A stretch of 63,597 bases of DNA, the filler included, from Aduncisulcus paluster (Eukaryota), in NCBI GenBank assembly GCA_024181965.1. It is 11 parts of 11 records of this genome, joined end to end, with 100 filler letters (N's around TTAATTAATTAA, not from the genome) between each part and the next. Parts side by side here need not be neighbours in the genome. Positions count along the whole stretch, not along the records: positions 23,226 to 26,792 come from BQXS01011197.1; positions 26,893 to 32,703 come from BQXS01011198.1; positions 32,804 to 36,556 come from BQXS01011199.1; 8 more parts are not named here. The stretch is one strand, 5' to 3'. This document shows, one piece after another, positions 23,401 through 33,482 of this stretch (within the stretch, counting starts at the first letter, position 1; every line of letters begins with the position of its first letter). The translations under genes were made by a program, and so were the position numbers. Under the pieces are notes generated by a model. The model did not search any database. It was not told the DNA's origin and worked only from the letters and a program-made list of their open reading frames with translations.

Positions 23401-24795
23401 TCATTTTGAAAGCTTTTTTTTCATTCTTTGCAAAGATTCAAATATTTTATCAAGGACAATCTTATTTTCGTGCAATAATGTCATTGACTTTTCGTGTTGA
23501 TCTTCATACAATGCTGAAATCGCAGAAATTGGTTTCAATGACGTAGAAGGATTTGTTGAACTTATATTTGGATTCTCTGAGTAAGAGGAGGAAGAAGCTT
23601 CATAAGGATCGAATCCTAATTGAATATTATCGTATTCAGTCTTTTTTCTTTCCTTTTCACCTTCTTCCTGAATGATACAGGGTGTCTCCATGATCCTTGG
23701 GCCCACTAACGGCAATGGACGGTGAGAAACGGTGCTCGGTAGAGGATATCGAGGACCACGGGCGAATACCTTAACCCTGAAAAATACAGGAAGTAACCGT
23801 TGTCCAAGGAATTCATGGAAACCATCATCCTCAGAGAAAGAATTTGTTCCAAGATCAAATGACGGCAACGAGACTGGAGAATGTGAGGAATGGGTAATCA
23901 GAATTGAATTAATCTTCGGACAATCGGAAATCACATCAAAATCGGATAGGGCGAGGGGTTTTCCTGCATGAATCTTCATTCTCTTTTGCTGAACTATTGA
24001 TTCATCTGACAAGAATGTCACCAGGAAAGAGTGAATCCCATGCTTGTGAGTAGTTTGATACTTGAAGGACACCTCAGGAACATCACAATAGTGACTAAAT
24101 GGAAAAGTTAAGGAAGTAAATCGTGCAGATTTGGACCCATCGGACTGCATCATATCACGAACTTCCTCAGAAACATCCTCTTCACCGTACATTGCATGAA
24201 TTCTAGCTATTTCGAAGTCAACACAACCCTTGGATTGGAAATTCTCTTCTTCTGACTCCTCTTCTTCCTCTTCCTCCTCAAAATCTCCTTTCTTGTCCGC
24301 TTCTCTTCGTTTGTCACGACTCCCTCCAAAAGATGGCTCTTGGACAAAACAAGGAGAAAATATAATGGTTTCTGCAAGGCCTTTGGCATTTAAAGGATCG
24401 GAGATTAAAAAGTTTGAAAATCCGTTTTTAGAGGGCAAGGAAATTTTACACATCATCCAACGGGTTTTGGTTTTGGCTTCTGCATCAGGTGGTCCTGGTA
24501 CAACTTGAGAAAAGTCAACTGGAAAAATATGTGAATTGATTTGGATGCTAAATGATTTTGGATTTTGGTTTTTCTTTGTGTTAATCTTGAAATAAAATGC
24601 ATTAATTGGGGAACGTTCGGAAAATACAAAATCTAATTCGGTAAATAACTTTGGAGAAAAATGGGTGAGGTTTGAAGTCTCTTTCTTAGCATCGTGATGA
24701 GTATAACTTAAAAAATTATGCACTTTATACGTCGAATCAAACGGATACTCATCTTCATGGGATGAGTCTTTCAATTTTTGGGCATATAATAACAT
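23401..24795 (-). CDS. Hypothetical protein, probable divergent member of the 'HISIPF' module family
   Basis: 464-aa ORF. EVRDMMQSDGSKSARFTSLTFPFS resembles EAQKMMQGEFNYGHFTHISIPFS; FTELDFVFS..PINAFYF..PKSFSI looks like a second degenerate copy. Confidence 0.6.
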   Translation of the reverse strand: MLLYAQKLKDSSHEDEYPFDSTYKVHNFLSYTHHDAKKETSNLTHFSPKLFTELDFVFSERSPINAFYFKINTKKNQNPKSFSIQINSHIFPVDFSQVVPGPPDAEAKTKTRWMMCKISLPSKNGFSNFLISDPLNAKGLAETIIFSPCFVQEPSFGGSRDKRREADKKGDFEEEEEEEESEEENFQSKGCVDFEIARIHAMYGEEDVSEEVRDMMQSDGSKSARFTSLTFPFSHYCDVPEVSFKYQTTHKHGIHSFLVTFLSDESIVQQKRMKIHAGKPLALSDFDVISDCPKINSILITHSSHSPVSLPSFDLGTNSFSEDDGFHEFLGQRLLPVFFRVKVFARGPRYPLPSTVSHRPLPLVGPRIMETPCIIQEEGEKERKKTEYDNIQLGFDPYEASSSSYSENPNISSTNPSTSLKPISAISALYEDQHEKSMTLLHENKIVLDKIFESLQRMKKKLSK

Positions 24796-24878
24796 TCACC
24801 TTCCAACTACCACGAGAAGGTAGTCAGGAGCATTATAATTAAGGATACAAGCACAGACATAGACAGAGAAATGGAATT

Positions 24879-24929
24879 CTATAAAATGGAGGACGAATTC
24901 AAATAAAACAAACAAACAAAATTACATAC
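24879..24929 (-). other. Probable 51-nt spliceosomal intron
   Basis: GTATGT...TTTTATAG on the minus strand, T-rich, joining two open segments in phase 1. Confidence 0.55.
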
Positions 24930-25485
24930 CGCAATATAGCTTAATAGAAGAAAAATATTTGATTAATTGGGGGAGAGTTGTGTTATCCAAAACGTCAGAA
25001 TGAATCAGTTCAACAGACGAAAAGTTTCCTATTTTGTGATCTCCTATAAGCAAAAGAATAACATGAAATATTTTATTTCAGAAATTTAAGAGAATTTAAT
25101 TTTATTCTTTTGCAATAAAACTAATCTACGCTCAGATTTTGTGAGTTACCACTGGCCGGGGCCATGGCGTCGACTGACACCGGCAATATCTCATTCAACA
25201 CAGATGGACAACTCAATGTATCCATTTCGACTTCAACGGCGTATCTTGATGCAGAGTTCACGATATACGTACCACAATCAATGCCATTGAGTGACCAGTG
25301 GTCACTTGTGATGATTCTTGTGGATGTATATTTGAATCAGCGAAAACATATATATAATGTATGTTAACAATAGAAATCTATTCTGTACGACCTAGATTTT
25401 TCCATCAACGAGAAGCAAAAGAATAATGATGTTAATTTCTTTGATAATAATAATAATAATAATAAATTATGTCATAACGATTTAA

Positions 25486-26792
25486 TTATCCATATCCTCC
25501 ACCATTTGGATAATATTGGTGGGAACTCACGGCGAGTTGAGGCACATATTCATGGGTTGGAGTATCGTGGTATGTATCAGAATACATAGCTGACGGTACC
25601 ACATGTTGCGAATAGTGCTGATGTTGCATGAAAGATCCAGTGTGAATAGCTGGAGAGGAATATTGAGTCGTCAGATGGGGATGAGGATACCCACGCTCAG
25701 TTGTCCTATTGACCTGACTTCTCTGGATATGACTTGGACCAGAAGTGACGTCAGAACAGGAAGGCTGGTGAAGACCTGTGGAAGGAAGAGAGGTACCATA
25801 AGACGGTTGGATATACTGATATTGTGATGGAACAAGAGAGGGTGGGACGTCATCAGAAGTGAGAGTGTTACGCCTGAGTTGAGAAGGAGGCTGAACAACA
25901 ACACCATGACCATACGGTGAAACTTCTGTTGTTGGGCCCGATAAGCTTGGAGGACCCATTTGGCCTGGACGAGGAAATGTACCGCCAGACGACAAGGAGA
26001 GATGTGCTGCTGAAGTCTCTCGTTGTGGTAATGTCTGTTGGGAGGAGGAACCACTGATGCTAGAACCACTGCTAGAACTGAGATGGTATGATGGAGTGGT
26101 CCCGGTAACAGTTGTTGGACCGTACATGTGCTGATAGAACATGTGAGAGAGAGGGGGAGCAAATTGGGCAGACCTCAGGGGTGGTGGTGGATGGAAAGAA
26201 GGATGGGCCGTTGGGTTGTTGTTGTTCAGAGGTGGAGGAGAGGAGATGTGAAGAGGGCTGTGGGTGTGAGGGTTGTGAGTGCTCAGACCGGATAGATGCG
26301 TGTGGCAGTGAAGCATGTTTACGGATGGACATATTGGAACCTCGAGAGAGAGATGAGGAACCAGAGAATTGGTGGAGGGATGACGTTTGCCGGTCTCCAA
26401 GGTGTGGAGGAATTGTACTTGGATTCTGCCCACGCAGAGGGGGCATAGGATCACCACCTTGACTTAACATGGGGACAGAAGGATGAGAATGCTCACTATC
26501 AAATGAACCCTTATCTTTCTCTTTTCCGGACAACTCAGACGGGGAATACGGTCCTGTTTCTTGGAGATGAGGCTTGGAATCATGCAAGAGCAAGCCTGTA
26601 TGTTGTGAAGATTGAGGGTCAATTTGATAATGAGACCCAGTTTCTTTCGGTTCCAACCGATACTCACTGCCACTCTGAAGGCTTGTTGAAGGTATTGAGG
26701 AGGCCTGGAAAGCACCAATCTCTACTCGTCTACTGACGGAATCTCTATGTTGCTGCTGAGCATGCTGGTGGTGCTGAGCATGCTGGTGGTGC
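25486..26792 (-). CDS. Ser/His/Pro/Gln-rich disordered protein, 5'-truncated, with one frameshift
   Basis: The frame of ORF 26656 is open from the contig edge (HHQHAQ 18-bp repeats). Same-style composition continues in the frame of ORF 25486-26457 from about 26190. Confidence 0.55.
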
Positions 26793-26892
26793 NNNNNNNN
26801 NNNNNNNNNNNNNNNNNNNNNNNNNNNNNNNNNNNNTTAATTAATTAANNNNNNNNNNNNNNNNNNNNNNNNNNNNNNNNNNNNNNNNNNNN

Positions 26893-27613
26893 AGAAAAGG
26901 GGGTTTATGAACACTCCAAGTGATACTGTGGCACCACAAATAAAGTATCCGACCAAGACAAAAATGACAGACCCAAGATTCGAACCATTATTAATGAATA
27001 CAGCCACAACAATTGCAATAACGAGGTACAAAAAGCCGACAAATATTGCAAAACTAATCCATCCAGGATATTCAGCATCGTTCACATAAATGATACCAAA
27101 CATAATGAATCCACCTCCAACAAGAGCATGGAAACACACACTGAAAAAAGTTTTACAACAATCCAGAATGCATTCAACAATACAATCGACAGAATAACAT
27201 TGCTCTTCTCGACTACATAAAATGAGAATAAAGGGCCACGCAATCGCAAGTAAAGGATACCAAAAAAAGGTTTCCTCATCAAAATACACAACTGGCGTTG
27301 CCTTGGATTCAATGAAAGACAAACGAATCGAAGATAAATCATCCGAGAGAATAGGGTCTGAAGAAGAATTATTGGGAGGATCTTCTGACCTATTTTCCTC
27401 CAAAACTTTCGAAGAAAATAAAACTTCTTGAATATCAGTGCTATAAAATTCATCCTCATTATTCAAAAGAAAGCTAGAATCAGCGGGAAAAATGGGTGAG
27501 GGATCTTCAATATCCTCTATCCCATCATGGTTATCACTAGGTTCAGCCATAACTGGAAGATATAATTGAAGAATTATTGAGATAATAATAAGAAAAAGTA
27601 CAAATCCATGCAT
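26893..27613 (-). CDS. Multi-pass membrane protein with signal peptide, 3'-truncated
   Basis: MHGFVLFLIIISIILQLYLPVMA signal-like start at 27613, an acidic ectodomain, and at least four hydrophobic segments. Confidence 0.65.
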
Positions 27614-27887
27614 ATATTGTCGAACTTGACAAGTACAACTTGTAAATATGAACCTAGAATAAAAACGAATAATACACAAATAATTTTGTTTATAATATCC
27701 CAATGATCGCGAATTTCAATTTCAAAATTATAGTCAGAGTTCGATACCTTGCGAAAAACCATCTTCGTTTCCATTCGGTAATTCCCGGCTCAACCGGCAA
27801 GAAGATATTTTGAAATATGGAAAATTTTAAATACATTACAAATGCAAGCAAAACCTTTATTAATATTGTTTTTAGAACAACTGATTT

Positions 27888-29012
27888 CTATAATATTTTC
27901 TCCAAAATGGTGCCGAGCAATTCTTTTCCCCGCAAATCAATGAGTTTAGGTTGTTCTGAGAAATCCTTTCCAAGAACAAAAACTCTAGGCATTATCCCAT
28001 CCAATTTAACAGAACATATCGCTGGTTGAGAAGAAGTTATCCGAGTAATTTTATCACTGGCAACAGAACGAATCCGAATATCAATTCCAAGGTGCTTATC
28101 AATCCGAAATTCTTCAAATTCAACATACTGTTTCCAAAAATCATAATCTTGGAGAGTTTCGGTGAGATATTTTGTGAGATTTTCAAGGGAAATACCATTA
28201 AAAGCAAGTCTAATGACCCCAATGAATTTAGAATCATCTTTAATGTGAGAAAGCAACCCAAAGTTAATAAAACCACAAATAATTTGACTTAAAATATGAA
28301 TGTGAGAAGTGCATAGAGAAACAACACCGATTTCAGGAATAGGAACATCCTTCTTCCCATTATCCTCCTTAAAATCGGATATAGAAATTGAATCCATCCG
28401 ATTCTTGACAAATAAATCCAATGAAGCTCCATGAAGCAAAAAATTGATTCCGAATTCTCGGAAATAAACTCCCCTTTCATCTGATGGTTTTAAACAACTC
28501 ATTACACTAACTTTCTTAAATTTATCGTACCAAAGTTTATAATCAAGGGGTTTAACAGAAACACAGATGATTTTAAGCGTATTCCCACCCTTTTCTTTAT
28601 ATGGGAAACTTTCTGAGGAAAATATGAAATGAGAAGTTATTTTTATGAAAGTCTTTTTTAATATTTTCCACTCTTCTGGATGAAATGCGGGTTCAATGAA
28701 GCTAGTTACATCTGTTTTCCCGAAAAGACATCCGAAAACCACTCCCTTGTTCATACCAATATATAGCAATCCTCCTCGAGAATTAAGTGCACCATTGACA
28801 AATTTAATCAATTCTTCCTTTTGTGATGGGGTTTCCATTGACTCAATATCTTGAAACGTACTATTGGGGATATTATCATGGTGTCGAAAGACTTCAACCT
28901 TACGCTTTTTTTTTTTAGATGTTTCAATCTCAGTATGCCATATATTATCTTCATCAGACTCAATTTCATATCCAGAGACGAAGAACTTCTTTCCAAGGGA
29001 ATGTAATGACAT
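27888..29012 (-). CDS. Schlafen/AlbA_2-like domain protein
   Basis: EELIKFVNGALNSRGGLLYIGMNKGVVFG matches the AlbA_2 core (..AFxNxxGGxLxIGV..G.V.G); GVYFR lies downstream; a second degenerate copy may be ILSQIICGFIN..GVIRL. Confidence 0.6.
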   Translation of the reverse strand: MSLHSLGKKFFVSGYEIESDEDNIWHTEIETSKKKKRKVEVFRHHDNIPNSTFQDIESMETPSQKEELIKFVNGALNSRGGLLYIGMNKGVVFGCLFGKTDVTSFIEPAFHPEEWKILKKTFIKITSHFIFSSESFPYKEKGGNTLKIICVSVKPLDYKLWYDKFKKVSVMSCLKPSDERGVYFREFGINFLLHGASLDLFVKNRMDSISISDFKEDNGKKDVPIPEIGVVSLCTSHIHILSQIICGFINFGLLSHIKDDSKFIGVIRLAFNGISLENLTKYLTETLQDYDFWKQYVEFEEFRIDKHLGIDIRIRSVASDKITRITSSQPAICSVKLDGIMPRVFVLGKDFSEQPKLIDLRGKELLGTILEKIL

Positions 29013-29342
29013 TAATAATGTAATAATAGAAGTATGACGATAATATTATTTAAAATTGTATGATTAAACCGAAAAGAATCTAAATTCCTATCAATTTAAA
29101 TATAGAGGGATCCAAAAAAGAAAATTTCTAATCAAGCCATTTGGACGGTCCAATTAAGTTACTATATGAGGTGACATATGAGGAAAGTCGAAAACGAAGT
29201 TTCAATGAACAAATATTTTTATTTAAAAATAACTTTAGACCTCATACCAACACTAGTTTCATCAAACTTTGATGTGACAACAAAATCACAATAAAAGTAC
29301 TTTTCAAATATAAAAATAATCAAAACCAACTTAATATCATTC

Positions 29343-32300
29343 TTATAAACACCTTTCAACTTTAATTCTCGCCTCTGGTACTGTTTGACTCTCATCTCCA
29401 AATACAAGCACCTCTCCCTCACATCCTTCACCCTGAATCACCATTACACAGCCCTCTCCGACTTGAAGCACTCCTTTGGGCTCTAAACACGAGAAACCTC
29501 CAATACAACGTGTGAAGAAAGGCATCGGTCTTGAGCAAATATTATGGAGGGTGAATGAAGCAGAAAAAAGAATCTTTGAAGGTGAAGGCGATGAAGAAAT
29601 AGATTGTGTTGCAGATACCACTCTTGAAACGTCATCGCTCTCGAACGGCTGATGTTTACGTCTTAATGCAACCATTTTAATTGTCTTTTTATCAGCATGA
29701 AGAACATGGGTACTTCCGCATCCTTCGACACTCAACACACATGTCTTCTCCTTCATGGCAGCTTTGTCAGATGGGTTAATGGGATTCAATGGGATGAACA
29801 TGATGCAATTCGTCGGAGGAATTGAAGAAGGAGTAAAGCTCACATTCAGAGATATCGATGTGTTCGGATTCAAATGGGGGACGCCAGATATTTCAAAGCC
29901 TCGTTTTATAACAGAACCAATGGATATGGGAAAAGGATATCCGTTAATAAATGTAACGGATGAAAGAGTGGATTTGTGCCCGATTGTGACAGTACCAAAG
30001 GAAATAGAACTCGGTGAGAGGGACGTCGGGCCAGAGATTGGTGAAGGAAGAGATGAGGAGCGGATTGAAGATCGATCAATTTCAGCTCTAGCACCAAGAT
30101 TATCAGGAATGGAAAGATCATGGGTATGTTTTTGAATATGTTTCTTAAAACTTGAGGGAACATCGGGAGGAATCAAGGAGGAGGTGTGCAGTGTGCCTTG
30201 AAGAGGGGGAGAGAAAGGAGAAGTATCTATCTTATTTCTTTCTACGTGAACACTCGGAGGAGTCAAGATAGTGGGTTGCACAGGCAGAGATCGACCAGGA
30301 AGAGGGTGAGAAGGAGATGTCCCAATAACTTGTGGATTGTCTGTCGATGTTATTTGAGTTGTCAGTCCATGAGGGAGCGGTAGAGGGGTATTGAGATAAT
30401 TTTTAGTTAAAGTTGAAGCTTCAAGCTCCCTTTTAATTCTATATTGTTTGACCAATTCTTGCTTTTTTTTCTCATACGAATCATTGAATCGTTTCTGAAC
30501 CTCCCTGACACGTCGCTGATGAAGTATATCTTCGATTTTACGATCACGCTCTTCCTTTTTTCGTTTCTCTTCTTCATTTCGTTTTTCTCTCTCCTTTTTT
30601 TTCTGTTCAATAATTTCTCGCTGTTTTCTAATACGCTCCTCCGGTTCATTTTCAGCCTTTTCCTTTCCCCCATCATCTTCTTTCTTTCTCTCCCGAATAA
30701 CTTTCTTCCTTTCCGTCGGCCCTCTTTTTCGAAGAAGAACGTCGACGGACTTCACAGTTCTCATCTCTTCAATCTCTTTCCCAACTATTTTTAGAGCCTT
30801 TTTGAGAAGTTTCCCATATTTTTCAGTCTCATCGATATCTTGTCCATTCTTGATCATAATCGCCCTCCTCTCCAGCTCTTCTCCATAAATTATCCTAACC
30901 TTTGGCGCAGATAGCTTTGACTCTGTCACACGAATGACGCGACAGATACATCTTTCGTTAGGTTTCAGAACACCTCTAGAAGGAGAAAAAGAAAGAGGCG
31001 CCCTCGAAGCAGAATCAAACTCCCCTTTCTCATCCATATCTGCCGATTCCATCACAAAGAACCCAGGAGAAGTTCCACAATTCGATAGGGTGAGTTCCCA
31101 CGACTCTCTGACTTTCTTTCTCTGTCTGTGGCTCCCTCCAACGTGCCTCTGTTTCTTCGAATACTTCTCAAAGCCCACAAATCCATTCTCCTCTTCAACG
31201 CGAGTCACAGAGAGCACATCGTCCTCCTCTTTCTTCGAAGAGATCTCGTCATCGATTGGGATGACAGTTCCATGGAAAACAGAGTAAGATGGAGGCTTCT
31301 CGAGAATGGACTCAATTCCAAGGTTAACTTTGCCACAAATACCAACGATAGGAATCTGATACTTACCTTTTCTTCCACTCTTGGAGCGTACATCAAGCAC
31401 GCATTTCGCAGAGCAGATCTTGGATCCCCATTTTGGAGTGAAAGAAAGAGATACGGTGCGTTCCTGTCCTGTCCGCAAGGAAAACTTGGGAGACGATGAC
31501 AGAGAAACACAGTTGGGATTGGCAAACATCGAGAAAAGCTGAGAATGATCATCTTCCTCATCGCCGTCCCACACATCCTCTTCTGGCAAAGAATGGGAGA
31601 CAGAAAAGAAAGACCTCTTCCCAATTATTACACTCACAGAAACATCAGAGATAGCTCTCACGGTGAAAGTCAATGAATTAGAGGAGAAAACCTCTGTGGG
31701 TGGAAATAAAAGGAAGGTAGGGGCCACCGTCAAAAGAGAGCGATGAGACTGAGAGTCAGGAGATCCCACCCGAAGTAATTTCTGTGTCAGAGCCCCTCTT
31801 TTGTGGAAAGGAGTTGGAGGAGCACCCAGAGGTGTCTGAGGAATCAATGCAACAGGAGTATGAGCATCCAGGGAGGCACCTTGAGGAATCGAATCCTCAT
31901 GATACCTTATTCCCATCCTTCTCTCAGTGTCCATTCCTTGGTCACGGATAGGATGGTTTGAGAGTGAGTGCTGGGGGTAGCGAGGAGCAGAGATAGAGGA
32001 GAGCGATGTACTTGCTCTTGCAGGCTCAACAGTGGGTGCAACAGAACGATGGCCGATTCCTATAGCTCCGTCTGAGAGTCCAGATATAAACGAGCGGTAT
32101 GGTTTGTTAATAGATGATGGAATACTTTGAGAGTGAGGGGAGTGTTGAGCAATAGGGGATTTTGATCTCTTGTATTGTAATACTGGAGATCTTGACATGA
32201 GTCTCTCTTTCTCTTCTTCAATCTCAGCTTCATGACGTCTAATGTTATCTTCAAGCTCTCGTTTACGTTCTTCTTCCTTATTTCTCTGGGAATCCTCCAT

Positions 32301-32703
32301 ATGTTTTCTTCTAACCCATTGTTCTTGCATTCTTTTCTCCTCTTCCTCCTTTCTCTTCTCTTCAATTTGGAGTTTTTTCCGAAATTCAAAATGCTCTTGG
32401 GCCAAACGTTCTTCTTCTCTTTCATATTCCTCTTTTCTTCTACGTTCTTCAAGTTCCACTTCTCTTGCACGAACACGTTCCTCCTCTTCAATCTTTTTAA
32501 GCTCTTCAAGACGTTTCCACGCTTGAAAGCGTTCCAGTTCAGCTTGTCTCTCTTCCTCTTCTCGCTTCCTTATTCTTTCTTGTTCTTCCTTCTTTCTCAT
32601 TTCATTCTCTTCCTCTTCTCTTCTCTTTCTTTCCTCCTCCTCTCTCCTCTTCTTTTCTTCCTCCTCTCTTCTCCTTTTTTCTTCTTCCCTTCTCCTCTCT
32701 TCT
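29343..32703 (-). CDS. Cep192/Spd-2-like protein (coiled coil plus PapD/ASH Ig-like domains), 5'-truncated
   Basis: KYQIPIVGICGKVNLGIE, LTLSNCGTSPGF, FSPSRGVLKPNE and IIYGEELERR follow the Spd2-domain pattern; further ASH-type motifs SPSSISFGTV and LNVSFTP. Confidence 0.6.
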
Positions 32704-32803
32704 NNNNNNNNNNNNNNNNNNNNNNNNNNNNNNNNNNNNNNNNNNNNTTAATTAATTAANNNNNNNNNNNNNNNNNNNNNNNNNNNNNNNNNNNNNNNNN
32801 NNN

Positions 32804-33325
32804 AAAGATCTCCAGGAGGCCAGTATTCGTGCAACTCTTGACAGGTCAGATCAGAAGCCCGGTGCCAAATTCTTCCATTGGGAGATGAAAGGGGTGCCCC
32901 TTCGTATTGAGGTTGGACCCAGAGATGTCAAGAACGGCTGCAGTATGTTTGCTCCAAGGTTAGGTGGAAGGGCTGCCAAACACATTGTGAAGAACGAAGA
33001 TATGATTGGAGAGGTCAAGAAAGAGCTTGATTTGATGCTTGTCAAACTGAGGGAACGTGGATTCAAGTTTCACTCCGACCGTGTGACCCGTTGTGAGACC
33101 ATTGAAGAAGTGAAAGAAGCCATCGAGAAGAAAGGAGGATTTGCACGTGTTCCCTTCTTCTCAATGGGCTTTGATGGTCAGGATGCTGACGATGAGATGA
33201 GAGAACTCACTGGTGGTGAGGTTAGAGGATTCCTTGCTTCTGAAGAACAGCCTGAAGAAGGGGTCAAATGTCTTATCACAGGAAAGCCAGCAAAATATTG
33301 GGGGTACGTGGCCAGAGCCTATTAA
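32804..33325 (+). CDS. proS: Prolyl-tRNA synthetase (archaeal/eukaryotic type), C-terminal part
   Basis: KPGAKFFHWEMKGVPLRIEVGPRD anticodon-binding domain; C-terminal KCLITGKPA..ARAY; open from the contig start. Confidence 0.92.
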   Translation, partial: KDLQEASIRATLDRSDQKPGAKFFHWEMKGVPLRIEVGPRDVKNGCSMFAPRLGGRAAKHIVKNEDMIGEVKKELDLMLVKLRERGFKFHSDRVTRCETIEEVKEAIEKKGGFARVPFFSMGFDGQDADDEMRELTGGEVRGFLASEEQPEEGVKCLITGKPAKYWGYVARAY

Positions 33326-33482
33326 TTTGAATAAATATTGATCGAATTCTACTCCCATCTTTCCGAAAGATCCGAAGTTCGGAATCGCGTGTGAATTGAA
33401 TCATTTCCTCGCATCAAATTGGTGAATTTGTATTATCTTTTGGTATTTTTTTTATTTATTTGTTATTAATACGAATTAACAA

